Virus record (IMG/VR): IMGVR_UViG_2061766007_000671
DNA: 64,000 nt
From: an uncultured virus (IMG/VR IMGVR_UViG_2061766007_000671)
Lineage: Duplodnaviria; Heunggongvirae; Uroviricota; Caudoviricetes
Direction: 5' to 3' (one strand)
The notes under the pieces were generated by a model, which saw only the letters and a list, made by a program, of their open reading frames with translations, did not search any database and was not told the origin of the DNA. This document shows, one piece after another, positions 56,695 through 64,000 of this stretch. A program made the position numbers and the translations under genes. The stretch's first letter is position 1. Every line of letters starts with the position of its first letter.

Positions 56695-57684
56695 ATGGGC
56701 TGGAGTACAAGCGCACCCAGCGGGTATACATGGGGAAGCTGGTCGGAAATGAAGGTTTGCGTAAACGTCAACAACTACGCAAACTACGGCATGGATGCCA
56801 GAGTTGGGCGCGGCAGCGGAAACAATCTCGCTGTTGCTATCCGCCTGTATGTCTACGCCAGAAACTTTGGTGATACCGCGTATATCGACCTTGCGGGTAA
56901 CGTAAAAGTCGGAAGCGGATCGTGGAACAGCTCAACAGCCGTAACGTGCTCTGGCGGATTCGGAGCATATAACTATTCCCGCACGATTTATTATACAACC
57001 ACAGCCAATACGGGGCTTACGATCTACGTTAACTGCGACTGGAACGGAAACAACACCGCCAATGTTTCTTTTGCTTCTCCGGCCTATACGACAACGTATA
57101 CCATCAGCTACAACGCCAACGGCGGCAGCGGTGCTCCAAGTGCGCAGACAAAGAAATACAACACCACGCTCACGCTGAGTACCACCAAGCCCACAAAAAC
57201 AGGGTATACGTTCAAGGGATGGGCCACATCTTCCAGCGCCACCACAGCACAGTACCAGCCTGGTGGAAGCTACACCGCCAACGCATCGGCGACTCTGTAT
57301 GCCGTGTGGCAGATCATAACCTATACGATAACGTATAAGTCGAACTATTCAGGTGGGCCGTCGGATGTAACTCAAAGCAAGAACTACGGCTCGGCTGTCA
57401 CGCTCAAAGGATCTTCCACATTCACCAGAACGAACTATACTTTCCTGTACTGGTATACAAATTCCAGCGGCACCGGCGGAACACAGTACAATGCCGGGGC
57501 ATCGTACAACACCAACGCCAATCTGACGCTGTATGCCATATGGAAGAAGAACAATATTCCCGTCTTTATCAATGTGGGTGGAGAGATCAAACAGGTGGAA
57601 AAAGCCTACATCAATATCGGTGGGACGATCAAGGAAGCAACCGTTTATCTGAACGTAAGCGGAACCATCAAGACCATTGTATAG
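56695..57684 (+). CDS. tail protein with two InlB-B/Listeria-Bacteroides repeats
   Basis: YNANGG...PTKTGYTFKGW...TLYAVW and a second copy ending TLYAIW. Confidence 0.8.
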   Translation: MGWSTSAPSGYTWGSWSEMKVCVNVNNYANYGMDARVGRGSGNNLAVAIRLYVYARNFGDTAYIDLAGNVKVGSGSWNSSTAVTCSGGFGAYNYSRTIYYTTTANTGLTIYVNCDWNGNNTANVSFASPAYTTTYTISYNANGGSGAPSAQTKKYNTTLTLSTTKPTKTGYTFKGWATSSSATTAQYQPGGSYTANASATLYAVWQIITYTITYKSNYSGGPSDVTQSKNYGSAVTLKGSSTFTRTNYTFLYWYTNSSGTGGTQYNAGASYNTNANLTLYAIWKKNNIPVFINVGGEIKQVEKAYINIGGTIKEATVYLNVSGTIKTIV

Positions 57685-57695
57685 GGGGCTGACGA

Positions 57696-58583
57696 ATGAA
57701 TTTTATCGACATCGCCTCATGGCAAAAAGGCATCGACCTCAAAACCGTCTTCACCCACAACAACATAGACGGCGTTATCGCCAAGGCGACGGAGGGTACC
57801 GGCTATGTCAACCCCGAGTTCGCCCCCTGGATGAAGTGGCTCACGGACAACAACAAACCCTTCGGTATGTACCACTATCTCAGCGGTGGGGACGCCGAAG
57901 CGGAAGCCATGCATTTCTACAATGTCGTAAAGCCGTATATCGGACGCGGAATCCCCGTCGCAGACTATGAAGGGACGGCGTTGGACAAGGGAACGGTATG
58001 GCTCGGAAAGTTTCTGGAGAAATTCCGCTCCCTGTCCGGGGTCAGGTGCATGATTTACTGCTCGGTGTCCGTCGTTTCGGAGCAGAATTTCCGTGCGCTG
58101 ACGGACTATCCGCTGTGGATAGCACAGTATGCCGACATGAACACGGTGTACGGATTTCTGGATAAGCCGTGGCAGCGTGGTTCAGTTTCTCCGTTCAGCA
58201 AATATTGGATGCACCAGTATACGAGCTGCGGACGGCTCAACGGTTGGGGCGGCAACCTCGACTTTGATAAGTTCTACGGCACAAAAGAGGATTGGATTTC
58301 ATTGGCGAAGGGAGAAGCGCCGAAGGAAGAGCCGAAGCCGGAACCCAAGCCGATCCCGGTCAAGCCGCTGAAATCCGCCGACCCGCAGATCGTACTTGCC
58401 GTTCTCAAAGGCTCGTATGGCATCGGCACGGAGCGAGTCGTAAAACTCCGTGAAGCCGGATACGACCCGGATTCCGTACAGAAAAAAATCAACCAGCTTT
58501 ACCTGATCGCCGGGAAAGTAAAGAAAGACATCGGGAACGACATGAGTTATCTCAATTCGATCCTGTGGATTGCGAGGTCGTAA
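57696..58583 (+). CDS. GH25 endolysin with CW_7-like C-terminal domain
   Basis: IDIASWQ, KATEG, DYE, LWIAQY, HQYTS, LDFD; VLKGSYG.G.ER..KL..AGYD. Confidence 0.9.
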   Translation: MNFIDIASWQKGIDLKTVFTHNNIDGVIAKATEGTGYVNPEFAPWMKWLTDNNKPFGMYHYLSGGDAEAEAMHFYNVVKPYIGRGIPVADYEGTALDKGTVWLGKFLEKFRSLSGVRCMIYCSVSVVSEQNFRALTDYPLWIAQYADMNTVYGFLDKPWQRGSVSPFSKYWMHQYTSCGRLNGWGGNLDFDKFYGTKEDWISLAKGEAPKEEPKPEPKPIPVKPLKSADPQIVLAVLKGSYGIGTERVVKLREAGYDPDSVQKKINQLYLIAGKVKKDIGNDMSYLNSILWIARS

Positions 58584-58765
58584 TGGGCAGAGCCAGAGAG
58601 AACCAGGACTACTATGTAGTCAAAGAGGGCGACACGCTGGAGTCCATCGCCGACCGATTCCTCGGCGTAGGACTCGCCCCCCTGCTCACGCAGCTCAACG
58701 GCGTGGATGAAAACACAATCAAACCGGGCATGAGGCTGTGGCTTCACCCGGAATATGATGATTAA
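58583..58765 (+). CDS. single LysM-domain protein
   Basis: YVVKEGDTLESIA...LNG...IKPGMRL. Confidence 0.8.
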   Translation: MGRARENQDYYVVKEGDTLESIADRFLGVGLAPLLTQLNGVDENTIKPGMRLWLHPEYDD

Positions 58766-58782
58766 AAAGGAGAAATGAAAAA

Positions 58783-59064
58783 ATGGCTTATGAGATCAAA
58801 TCCATCGCGTACCCCGCCGTGAAGCCCATTATGGAGATTGAGGCGGACAGCCTTTCCGACATCGCTTCTCTGGAGGGCATGGCCGAGGGCAGCACCTGCA
58901 AGGTCAGTTCCACAACCTACGTTTACGACGAGGTCAACGGATGGGCCGAGGCCGGTACGCAGGGTCAGGAACTGCCTGCGTTCCCCACGGAGAACGGCAA
59001 CTACCACTTGAAGTGTGCTGTTTCTGCCGACGGCGCAGTTCTGAGTTGGGTGGCGCTCACCTAA
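58783..59064 (+). CDS. hypothetical virion protein
   Basis: AAGGAG RBS; PTENGNYHLKC.V. Confidence 0.6.
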   Translation: MAYEIKSIAYPAVKPIMEIEADSLSDIASLEGMAEGSTCKVSSTTYVYDEVNGWAEAGTQGQELPAFPTENGNYHLKCAVSADGAVLSWVALT

Positions 59065-59094
59065 CGGAGATTAGCTGCCGCTAACCAATAGGCA

Positions 59095-59150
59095 AAAAGA
59101 AAGAACGCCCCCACAAAGCTTTGTACGGCTCTGTGAGGGCGTTTTGTTTG
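59095..59150. terminator. bidirectional terminator between convergent arms
   Basis: AGAACGCCC...GGGCGTTTT with A and T flanks. Confidence 0.65.
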
Positions 59151-59160
59151 TTGTGTGTGT

Positions 59161-60177
59161 TTACTCGGTAAGTTTCCTAAGTTGCGACACGGAGCGCCTG
59201 AGTGCGTCAGCGACAAAAGAAAACTCATCTGCGGTTGTTTCCGGGCAGAAGGACAGACGGATGGTGGACAGCGCCTGCTCCTCAGTCAGCCCGGAGGCAA
59301 GAAGAACACGGGACGGCTCGTCTGAATCGGCAGTGCAGGCGGAACCGGCGGAAGCGTACACGCCGTTGACATCGAGCATGGTCAGCAGCTCCCTTGCGTT
59401 CACTCCATCAAAGCGGACGGAGAGGATGTTGGGGAGACGGTCTTTATCCTGACAGTTGATGTGTGCGTCTGGGATGAATGATTCAATCCGCGCTTCCAAA
59501 ACTCCGACGCGGTGAGAGAGATACGACGTTGCCATCGGCATATTCGTCGTGCGGTACTGGAGTGCCTCGGCCATCGCCACGGCGAGAGCCACGGGCGGAG
59601 TGCCTGGGAAAACATCCTCGTCCTTGACTCCGCCCTTGATATACAGAAAGCCGATGCCTGGGAACGCGCCGAACTTGTGGCCACCTGCGGCGAGAGCGTG
59701 AACGCCAAGGTCTTTGACATCGACCGGGATCTGTCCCACGGCGGCGGTGGCATCGGTGAATACGCTGTATTTCTGCGAAAGTTCTTTCACCTTGCCCACA
59801 TATATTTCGCCGGTTTCGTTATTGGCAAGCATATGGGCGTAGGCATTCGTGTCGGTAAGCCCCCATATGTTGATGAATCTGGCGTGTTCCCACACAGCTT
59901 TGTGCTCATAATCGGAGCAGACTCCGATGTTCATGACATTGAGAGCGAACTGACAGGCGGCGGTGGCGGATGGAGTGAACGCAATCTCGGACGGCTCGGC
60001 GTTGATGCACTCGGCTATGGTAGAGCGGGCTTGTTCCAGCGCCATCCTGCTTTCCCGGCCCGGAGTGTGGACGCTGTTTGGGTTGGCATAGTTCCAGTAT
60101 GTAAGAACATCGTGGGCGCATGGCAGGATTGGAGCGGATGCGGCGCAGTCGGCGTAAACTTCCTTAATATCCGGCAC
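59161..60177 (-). CDS. cysteine desulfurase (IscS/NifS group I), compact
   Basis: YADCAASAP, NPNSVH, EHKAV, NNETG, DATAAVG, GHKFG (PLP Lys), SAGSAC (catalytic Cys), IRLSF; GTG start after GGAGG. Confidence 0.9.
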   Translation of the reverse strand: MPDIKEVYADCAASAPILPCAHDVLTYWNYANPNSVHTPGRESRMALEQARSTIAECINAEPSEIAFTPSATAACQFALNVMNIGVCSDYEHKAVWEHARFINIWGLTDTNAYAHMLANNETGEIYVGKVKELSQKYSVFTDATAAVGQIPVDVKDLGVHALAAGGHKFGAFPGIGFLYIKGGVKDEDVFPGTPPVALAVAMAEALQYRTTNMPMATSYLSHRVGVLEARIESFIPDAHINCQDKDRLPNILSVRFDGVNARELLTMLDVNGVYASAGSACTADSDEPSRVLLASGLTEEQALSTIRLSFCPETTADEFSFVADALRRSVSQLRKLTE

Positions 60178-60448
60178 GTTCTTCCGCCTCCTGCTCGTCA
60201 CGCCAGTCAAGCCAGTCAGCCAGTTCCAAGCCTTTCTCGTTAAGGTAGAACCTATCATCCTCGTCGATATAGCCGTCTTCCGCTTTCTGGATGGCTGTCT
60301 GTATCTCCTTCATGCTGAGAGTCCGCTGGACTACCTGAAGTTTTCCGTCCAGATATACAGTGCAACTCATGGTCAGTTCCACGCAGTTTTCCGGCACCTC
60401 GATCATGGCGCGGGCGGACTGAATTTCGATAGATTCCAAATTGTTCAT
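60164..60448 (-). CDS. acidic hypothetical protein
   Basis: AAGGA RBS. Confidence 0.6.
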   Translation of the reverse strand: MNNLESIEIQSARAMIEVPENCVELTMSCTVYLDGKLQVVQRTLSMKEIQTAIQKAEDGYIDEDDRFYLNEKGLELADWLDWRDEQEAEERAGY

Positions 60449-60705
60449 ATGCAAAATCCTTTCCTGATTCTATGCGCTTCCCGAAAACCGGCGAGGCGTT
60501 TTTCCTCACGGCATTTGACGCAGCCGGTGGATTTCCCCTGCCTGAGATTGTTTCCGATCACAACGGAGATTTCACCGCAGTCACATCGGCACAGCCATTG
60601 AGGGGCTGTATGGTAGCCATCATCGGTATAGTTTTCGTCGTATCGACTGAGGACAGTCCACGATCCGAAACGACGACCGGTTAGGTCAATCAGTTGTCGG
60701 GACAT
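60445..60705 (-). CDS. stand-alone DNA-binding module of the type found in HNH/AP2 endonucleases
   Basis: DLTGRRFGSWTVL...WLCRCDCG...NLRQGKSTGC. Confidence 0.7.
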   Translation of the reverse strand: MSRQLIDLTGRRFGSWTVLSRYDENYTDDGYHTAPQWLCRCDCGEISVVIGNNLRQGKSTGCVKCREEKRLAGFREAHRIRKGFCI

Positions 60706-60829
60706 TGTCTACCTCCGGGCTTTTGAGCCAGTTAAGTACCATCTCTTTTGACCATTCGACATCATAAAAAGCGGCAAATACATTTAATAATTCTTCTGCC
60801 AGTTCTTTGTTCTCAAATTCCGTTATGCT

Positions 60830-60973
60830 TCACCGTCCATCTTTGCCCCGGCATCTGTTGTCATACTTCCAAAGTATGCCTGCGGCACTGCACATCTCCA
60901 GAAGCGCATTCACGACCAACCCAACTGCAAGTACCGCGTCTATGCCAAAAAGCACATAGTACAGGACAATCAT
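60830..60973 (-). CDS. small membrane protein
   Basis: GGAGG RBS; hydrophobic stretch. Confidence 0.5.
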   Translation of the reverse strand: MIVLYYVLFGIDAVLAVGLVVNALLEMCSAAGILWKYDNRCRGKDGR

Positions 60974-61125
60974 TCGTCTACCTCCACCTCCACAGGCTCC
61001 GCTGTCCACATCCACGAGCCGCCGGACATAGCGGCATCGGATGCGATCTGGAACGCTTCATCTTCGCTGTCAGCCTCAATGTCATCGTATTCACATTCAA
61101 GGCAGACCCATACTTTGTATGTCAT
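60970..61125 (-). CDS. 51-aa acidic protein, DpnD/PcfM-like
   Basis: MTYKVWV...DIEADSEDEAFQIA; AAGGAGG RBS. Confidence 0.55.
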   Translation of the reverse strand: MTYKVWVCLECEYDDIEADSEDEAFQIASDAAMSGGSWMWTAEPVEVEVDE

Positions 61126-61427
61126 TCTGTTTCCTCCTTATCTGCCGTGCTTGCCGGGATGATGGTGGGAGCGTCAACTATATCCCAAGCCGTAACAATG
61201 TCATGCGTTCCTTTGTACTGTGCGTTTTCCATCAGTGCATCCGCATCAATCAATCTCCCATGCGGCGGGACGGGGATAATCGGAAGTTTTTGTTTCTCGT
61301 CTCCGTACTTTTCGTGATAGCGAAGAGACGGTATTATTTCCACTGTGCCGTCTTCCGGGTTAACATGAAAAAGTATTGTTGTCAATTCTTTCGGCATCTT
61401 CATGCCGGGGATGTATATTCCGCTCAT
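61122..61427 (-). CDS. hypothetical phage protein
   Basis: GMKMPK...VPPHGRLIDADAL...APTIIPA. Confidence 0.7.
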   Translation of the reverse strand: MSGIYIPGMKMPKELTTILFHVNPEDGTVEIIPSLRYHEKYGDEKQKLPIIPVPPHGRLIDADALMENAQYKGTHDIVTAWDIVDAPTIIPASTADKEETE

Positions 61428-61627
61428 TCTGTTTCCTCCTTCCGCCTGAACACGACGATCAACTCTTTATGGTTGTATCCGACCTTGTAATCCGTGAAGA
61501 TTCGGTCAATCTCCCAGTCGGAATCCGGGTTAACGCTCATTACCTCATCGCCGCCTATGATAACTCCGGTGACGGGATCGTCGCAGGTTATCTCTTTCAA
61601 AATGTTGTCGATTTGGTTTATGCTCAT
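61424..61627 (-). CDS. hypothetical protein
   Basis: Coupled small ORF. Confidence 0.6.
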   Translation of the reverse strand: MSINQIDNILKEITCDDPVTGVIIGGDEVMSVNPDSDWEIDRIFTDYKVGYNHKELIVVFRRKEETE

Positions 61628-61845
61628 TAAAAGCCGTCCCCTCTCTCATGTCTCATATTCTCTGTTTCCATCTCGTCAATCGTTCGCGTGAGCTTCAAGC
61701 ACATCGCACTCAACTCATTTCTGGCATTGGCCAACTCCTCGATAGCGTCTGCGGCCTGCTCCATATAAATCACCGCCATGCCGTACCGCGTCCCATGTTT
61801 AGAACATTCACGCAGCGTACTTACCAGTTCCGTATAATCAGCCAT
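61627..61845 (-). CDS. hypothetical protein
   Basis: LREC...QAADAIEEL. Confidence 0.6.
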   Translation of the reverse strand: MADYTELVSTLRECSKHGTRYGMAVIYMEQAADAIEELANARNELSAMCLKLTRTIDEMETENMRHERGDGF

Positions 61846-61847
61846 AG

Positions 61848-62252
61848 TTACTCCACCTTCTCAATCTTCACGGCGGGTTCTTTGCCCCAGATGTATACGG
61901 ACGCATCCGTTGTCCAGTGGTCTTTCGGCTCCGGCCTCTCCAGATACTGCTGATGCCGAATCACAGACCAGATGTCCTCGGCGTTAATCATGCTCTCGGT
62001 TTTGTCGCACTGCCACGGCTGCGCAATGCGGAAGCCGGTCTCGAAGACCATCTTTGCGGCATCGCGCCGGTGGAGGAAGTCATCGAATTTCTGGTCGTTC
62101 TTCGGATCATCCTTGTCGTACTCCCAACCGGCCAACGCCACCTCATCGGTGAAGTCCCAGAACTGTCCCATTCTGGTGCGGAAATAATCTTCCAACGCCA
62201 CCTTGATGACATTGAGCTGGACTTCATTAAGTTCAAGTTTATATGTACTCAT
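61848..62252 (-). CDS. hypothetical protein
   Basis: GGAGG RBS. Confidence 0.7.
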   Translation of the reverse strand: MSTYKLELNEVQLNVIKVALEDYFRTRMGQFWDFTDEVALAGWEYDKDDPKNDQKFDDFLHRRDAAKMVFETGFRIAQPWQCDKTESMINAEDIWSVIRHQQYLERPEPKDHWTTDASVYIWGKEPAVKIEKVE

Positions 62253-62452
62253 TTATCCCCACCTCCATAATTTTTCTCCCACCACGCCTTTGCTTCTTCC
62301 GGCGTGTCGAAACTCATGTCGCCCATGAGGAGCGCCTGCTCCACCCACGGCTTTCCGTAGGCGTAGCCGATGGGGCGGATCGTACCGTCCTTCTCCTGCA
62401 CATAGTTGGTGTATAGCATCAGATTCGTGCTGTTATCACCGTAGGTAGTCAT
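62249..62452 (-). CDS. hypothetical protein
   Basis: Start MTTYGDN; FDTPEEAKAWW. Confidence 0.6.
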   Translation of the reverse strand: MTTYGDNSTNLMLYTNYVQEKDGTIRPIGYAYGKPWVEQALLMGDMSFDTPEEAKAWWEKNYGGGDK

Positions 62453-62949
62453 CCATCCACCTCTTCCACATATGTCCATGATTGCGGCGCTCTTTTCAGA
62501 TTGCATTCCGTACAAGATTCGCATGGGGAGTACAGCGCATAAACATGAGCGCATGGCGCTGTCTGCTCTGTGCGATTCCACCGCTTGAACTCAGAAATCT
62601 CTTTCGGCTCTGCGTACAGCTTCAAGTCCGTGATATGCCAACCATAGAGCGTCTTGCCCTTGGCATACTCATACAGTTCTCTCGGTGGAACGAGACTGCC
62701 AAGGGAGAGTTCCGCAAAGTCTGCACGGCGTGGCTGAAACGGGTCGCACCAGTCGCAGATGAACTCGCCGATGACATACCCAGTCCATCCGTGGTATTTG
62801 ATAGGGTCATCCATTTTGGTGCAGTAGATGTAGCACTTGAACGGCGGCAGAAGTTTCGGCTTAGTTTTGCGCACCTCAATGGTTTTCTTGCCGGAAGCAA
62901 TCAGTTCGCACCACTTCGGATTGATACTGATAAGCACCGCCTGTTTCAC
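62449..62949 (-). CDS. ASCH-domain protein
   Basis: LISINPKWCELIASGKKTIEVRK...APQSWTYV. Confidence 0.85.
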   Translation of the reverse strand: MKQAVLISINPKWCELIASGKKTIEVRKTKPKLLPPFKCYIYCTKMDDPIKYHGWTGYVIGEFICDWCDPFQPRRADFAELSLGSLVPPRELYEYAKGKTLYGWHITDLKLYAEPKEISEFKRWNRTEQTAPCAHVYALYSPCESCTECNLKRAPQSWTYVEEVDG

Positions 62950-62977
62950 TCTTCATCCTCCCTGTCGATGTAGGTTG

Positions 62978-63445
62978 TCATTCATCATCGTCCTCGGAGA
63001 AAAGCGCGTTGAGCAGTTTCTTGTACCGATCAGCCGCTTCGTGGGAAGCATCGAACACTTCCCAACCATCTCCCAGTTCTTCCGCAATTCCCTGCGCCAT
63101 ACTCTCGTAGTCGAACACCATACCTTCACCGAGTGAACCGAAAATAGGATCGCCGTGATTCCACCCAACGAACGCTGCGTAGGTCTTGTCACCGTTGGAA
63201 CTGATTACCATGAAGTCACCGGGCATCTCATGGATGGCGCGAATCTCATCGGGCGTCTTGGCGTTTTTCAGTTCTTCCTGATACAGAAACCGTACAATGT
63301 CGTTGTAGGCGAGATGCACCATGGCACGATGGTCTTTGTCAAAACGGCTGTAGTTCGTGTCAACATTCTTGCGCAGATAACGAATATGCTCACGCAGTTC
63401 CCTCTCGCGGATATACCTCTGTCCGCCAATTACGATCTTCTTCAT
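62978..63445 (-). CDS. hypothetical protein
   Basis: GGAGG RBS. Confidence 0.7.
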   Translation of the reverse strand: MKKIVIGGQRYIRERELREHIRYLRKNVDTNYSRFDKDHRAMVHLAYNDIVRFLYQEELKNAKTPDEIRAIHEMPGDFMVISSNGDKTYAAFVGWNHGDPIFGSLGEGMVFDYESMAQGIAEELGDGWEVFDASHEAADRYKKLLNALFSEDDDE

Positions 63446-63527
63446 TTAATCTTCCTCCCTATCAATATGTATGTGTATTGCCGTGACGATGCACAGCGCG
63501 GTGAACATTATCAGGTAGATGCCGAGG

Positions 63528-63830
63528 TCAATCATCGGCGCTGTCCTTTTTGGCTATTCCGTTTGCCCGGTTCTTGTACCGCTGCGGAAGATCGAGCACC
63601 GTGATGAGCGTGAAGTCGTGGAATATCCAGACCTTCTCACCCCAGACCCGGATATTGTTGGCGCTCTCATTATAGTAATAAAGAGCGTCCAGATATCGGC
63701 GCAGACTGCCGGAGAAATCCTGGCGCGTGTATCCGTCGGTCAGTGCTTTCCGCGCCATCTTCGTTACAGCGCTGCGCTTGACGCCCGTGCGCTTGCGCAG
63801 TCTTTTGTCGGCGTGTCGCGTGATTTTCAT
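63528..63830 (-). CDS. basic hypothetical protein, possibly RelE/DUF4258-like fold
   Basis: ITRHADKRLRKR...WIF...LITV. Confidence 0.6.
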   Translation of the reverse strand: MKITRHADKRLRKRTGVKRSAVTKMARKALTDGYTRQDFSGSLRRYLDALYYYNESANNIRVWGEKVWIFHDFTLITVLDLPQRYKNRANGIAKKDSADD

Positions 63831-64000
63831 ACGGCGTTCACCGCCTTTTCGATGGCCTCGATCTTGCGATTGATTTTGTCGCGCTGGGTACGAAGGTCAA
63901 CGTACTCATAGTTGCCCGCATCCCACGCAATGAGATCGCCGTCATGGTATTCCTCCGGCATCTCAAAGCAGCTCTCCCAGTTGTGGATAGCCCGGAAAAG
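63827..64000 (-). CDS. 3' part of a hypothetical gene running off the window
   Basis: Open frame whose stop overlaps the 63830 start. Confidence 0.45.
   Translation of the reverse strand, partial: LFRAIHNWESCFEMPEEYHDGDLIAWDAGNYEYVDLRTQRDKINRKIEAIEKAVNAV

Noticed and set aside
37668..57684. Diversity-generating retroelement or invertible tail locus
   Set aside because: No reverse transcriptase, invertase or TR/VR pair seen in the window
59161..60177. Complete Dnd phosphorothioation system
   Set aside because: No DndC, DndD or DndE homologs in the window; retained only as one hypothesis
1..64000. Stop-codon reassignment
   Set aside because: Genes are full length in the standard code, all three stops terminate genes, and no suppressor tRNA is present

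Overview
The window is most of a temperate siphovirus-type phage genome, probably infecting a Firmicutes (Clostridia-like) host; the host is inferred from the strong GGAGG RBSs, ImmA/XRE immunity, GH25 lysin and SPbeta-like head module. No host genes are seen and an intact attP (3' half of tRNA-Thr(CGT)) is present, so this looks like the free, excised form. It contains six N gaps. Layout: (1) 1-9.7 kb, minus-strand arm of small, mostly acidic genes driven by five copies of an invariant bipartite promoter-like motif, TGTCCGA-N14-TTCCCTATGG; (2) 9.8-11.0 kb, an extremely GC-rich, codon-restricted ORF that looks like a divergent sigma-70-family factor, whose true start appears to be stranded at 4463 by a scaffold misjoin; (3) 11.5-12.7 kb, a non-coding RNA locus with an atypical tRNA-Lys and a ~565-nt highly structured RNA (ROOL/GOLLD-like candidate); (4) 14.5-26.4 kb, attP, integrase, immunity switch, two ParB-fold genes, recombination and replication; (5) 26.5-59.1 kb, packaging, head, tRNA-Thr, tRNA-Gln, fibres, tail and lysis; (6) 59.1-64 kb, minus-strand arm including a cysteine desulfurase and an ASCH protein. 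The most interesting candidates are the phage sigma-like factor with its promoter regulon, the large ornate ncRNA, a compact pseudoknotted RNA at 8065-8180, and a Com-like Zn-ribbon/AGAGCGCC hairpin switch. All protein calls come from motif recognition and gene order by eye; no database search was run.
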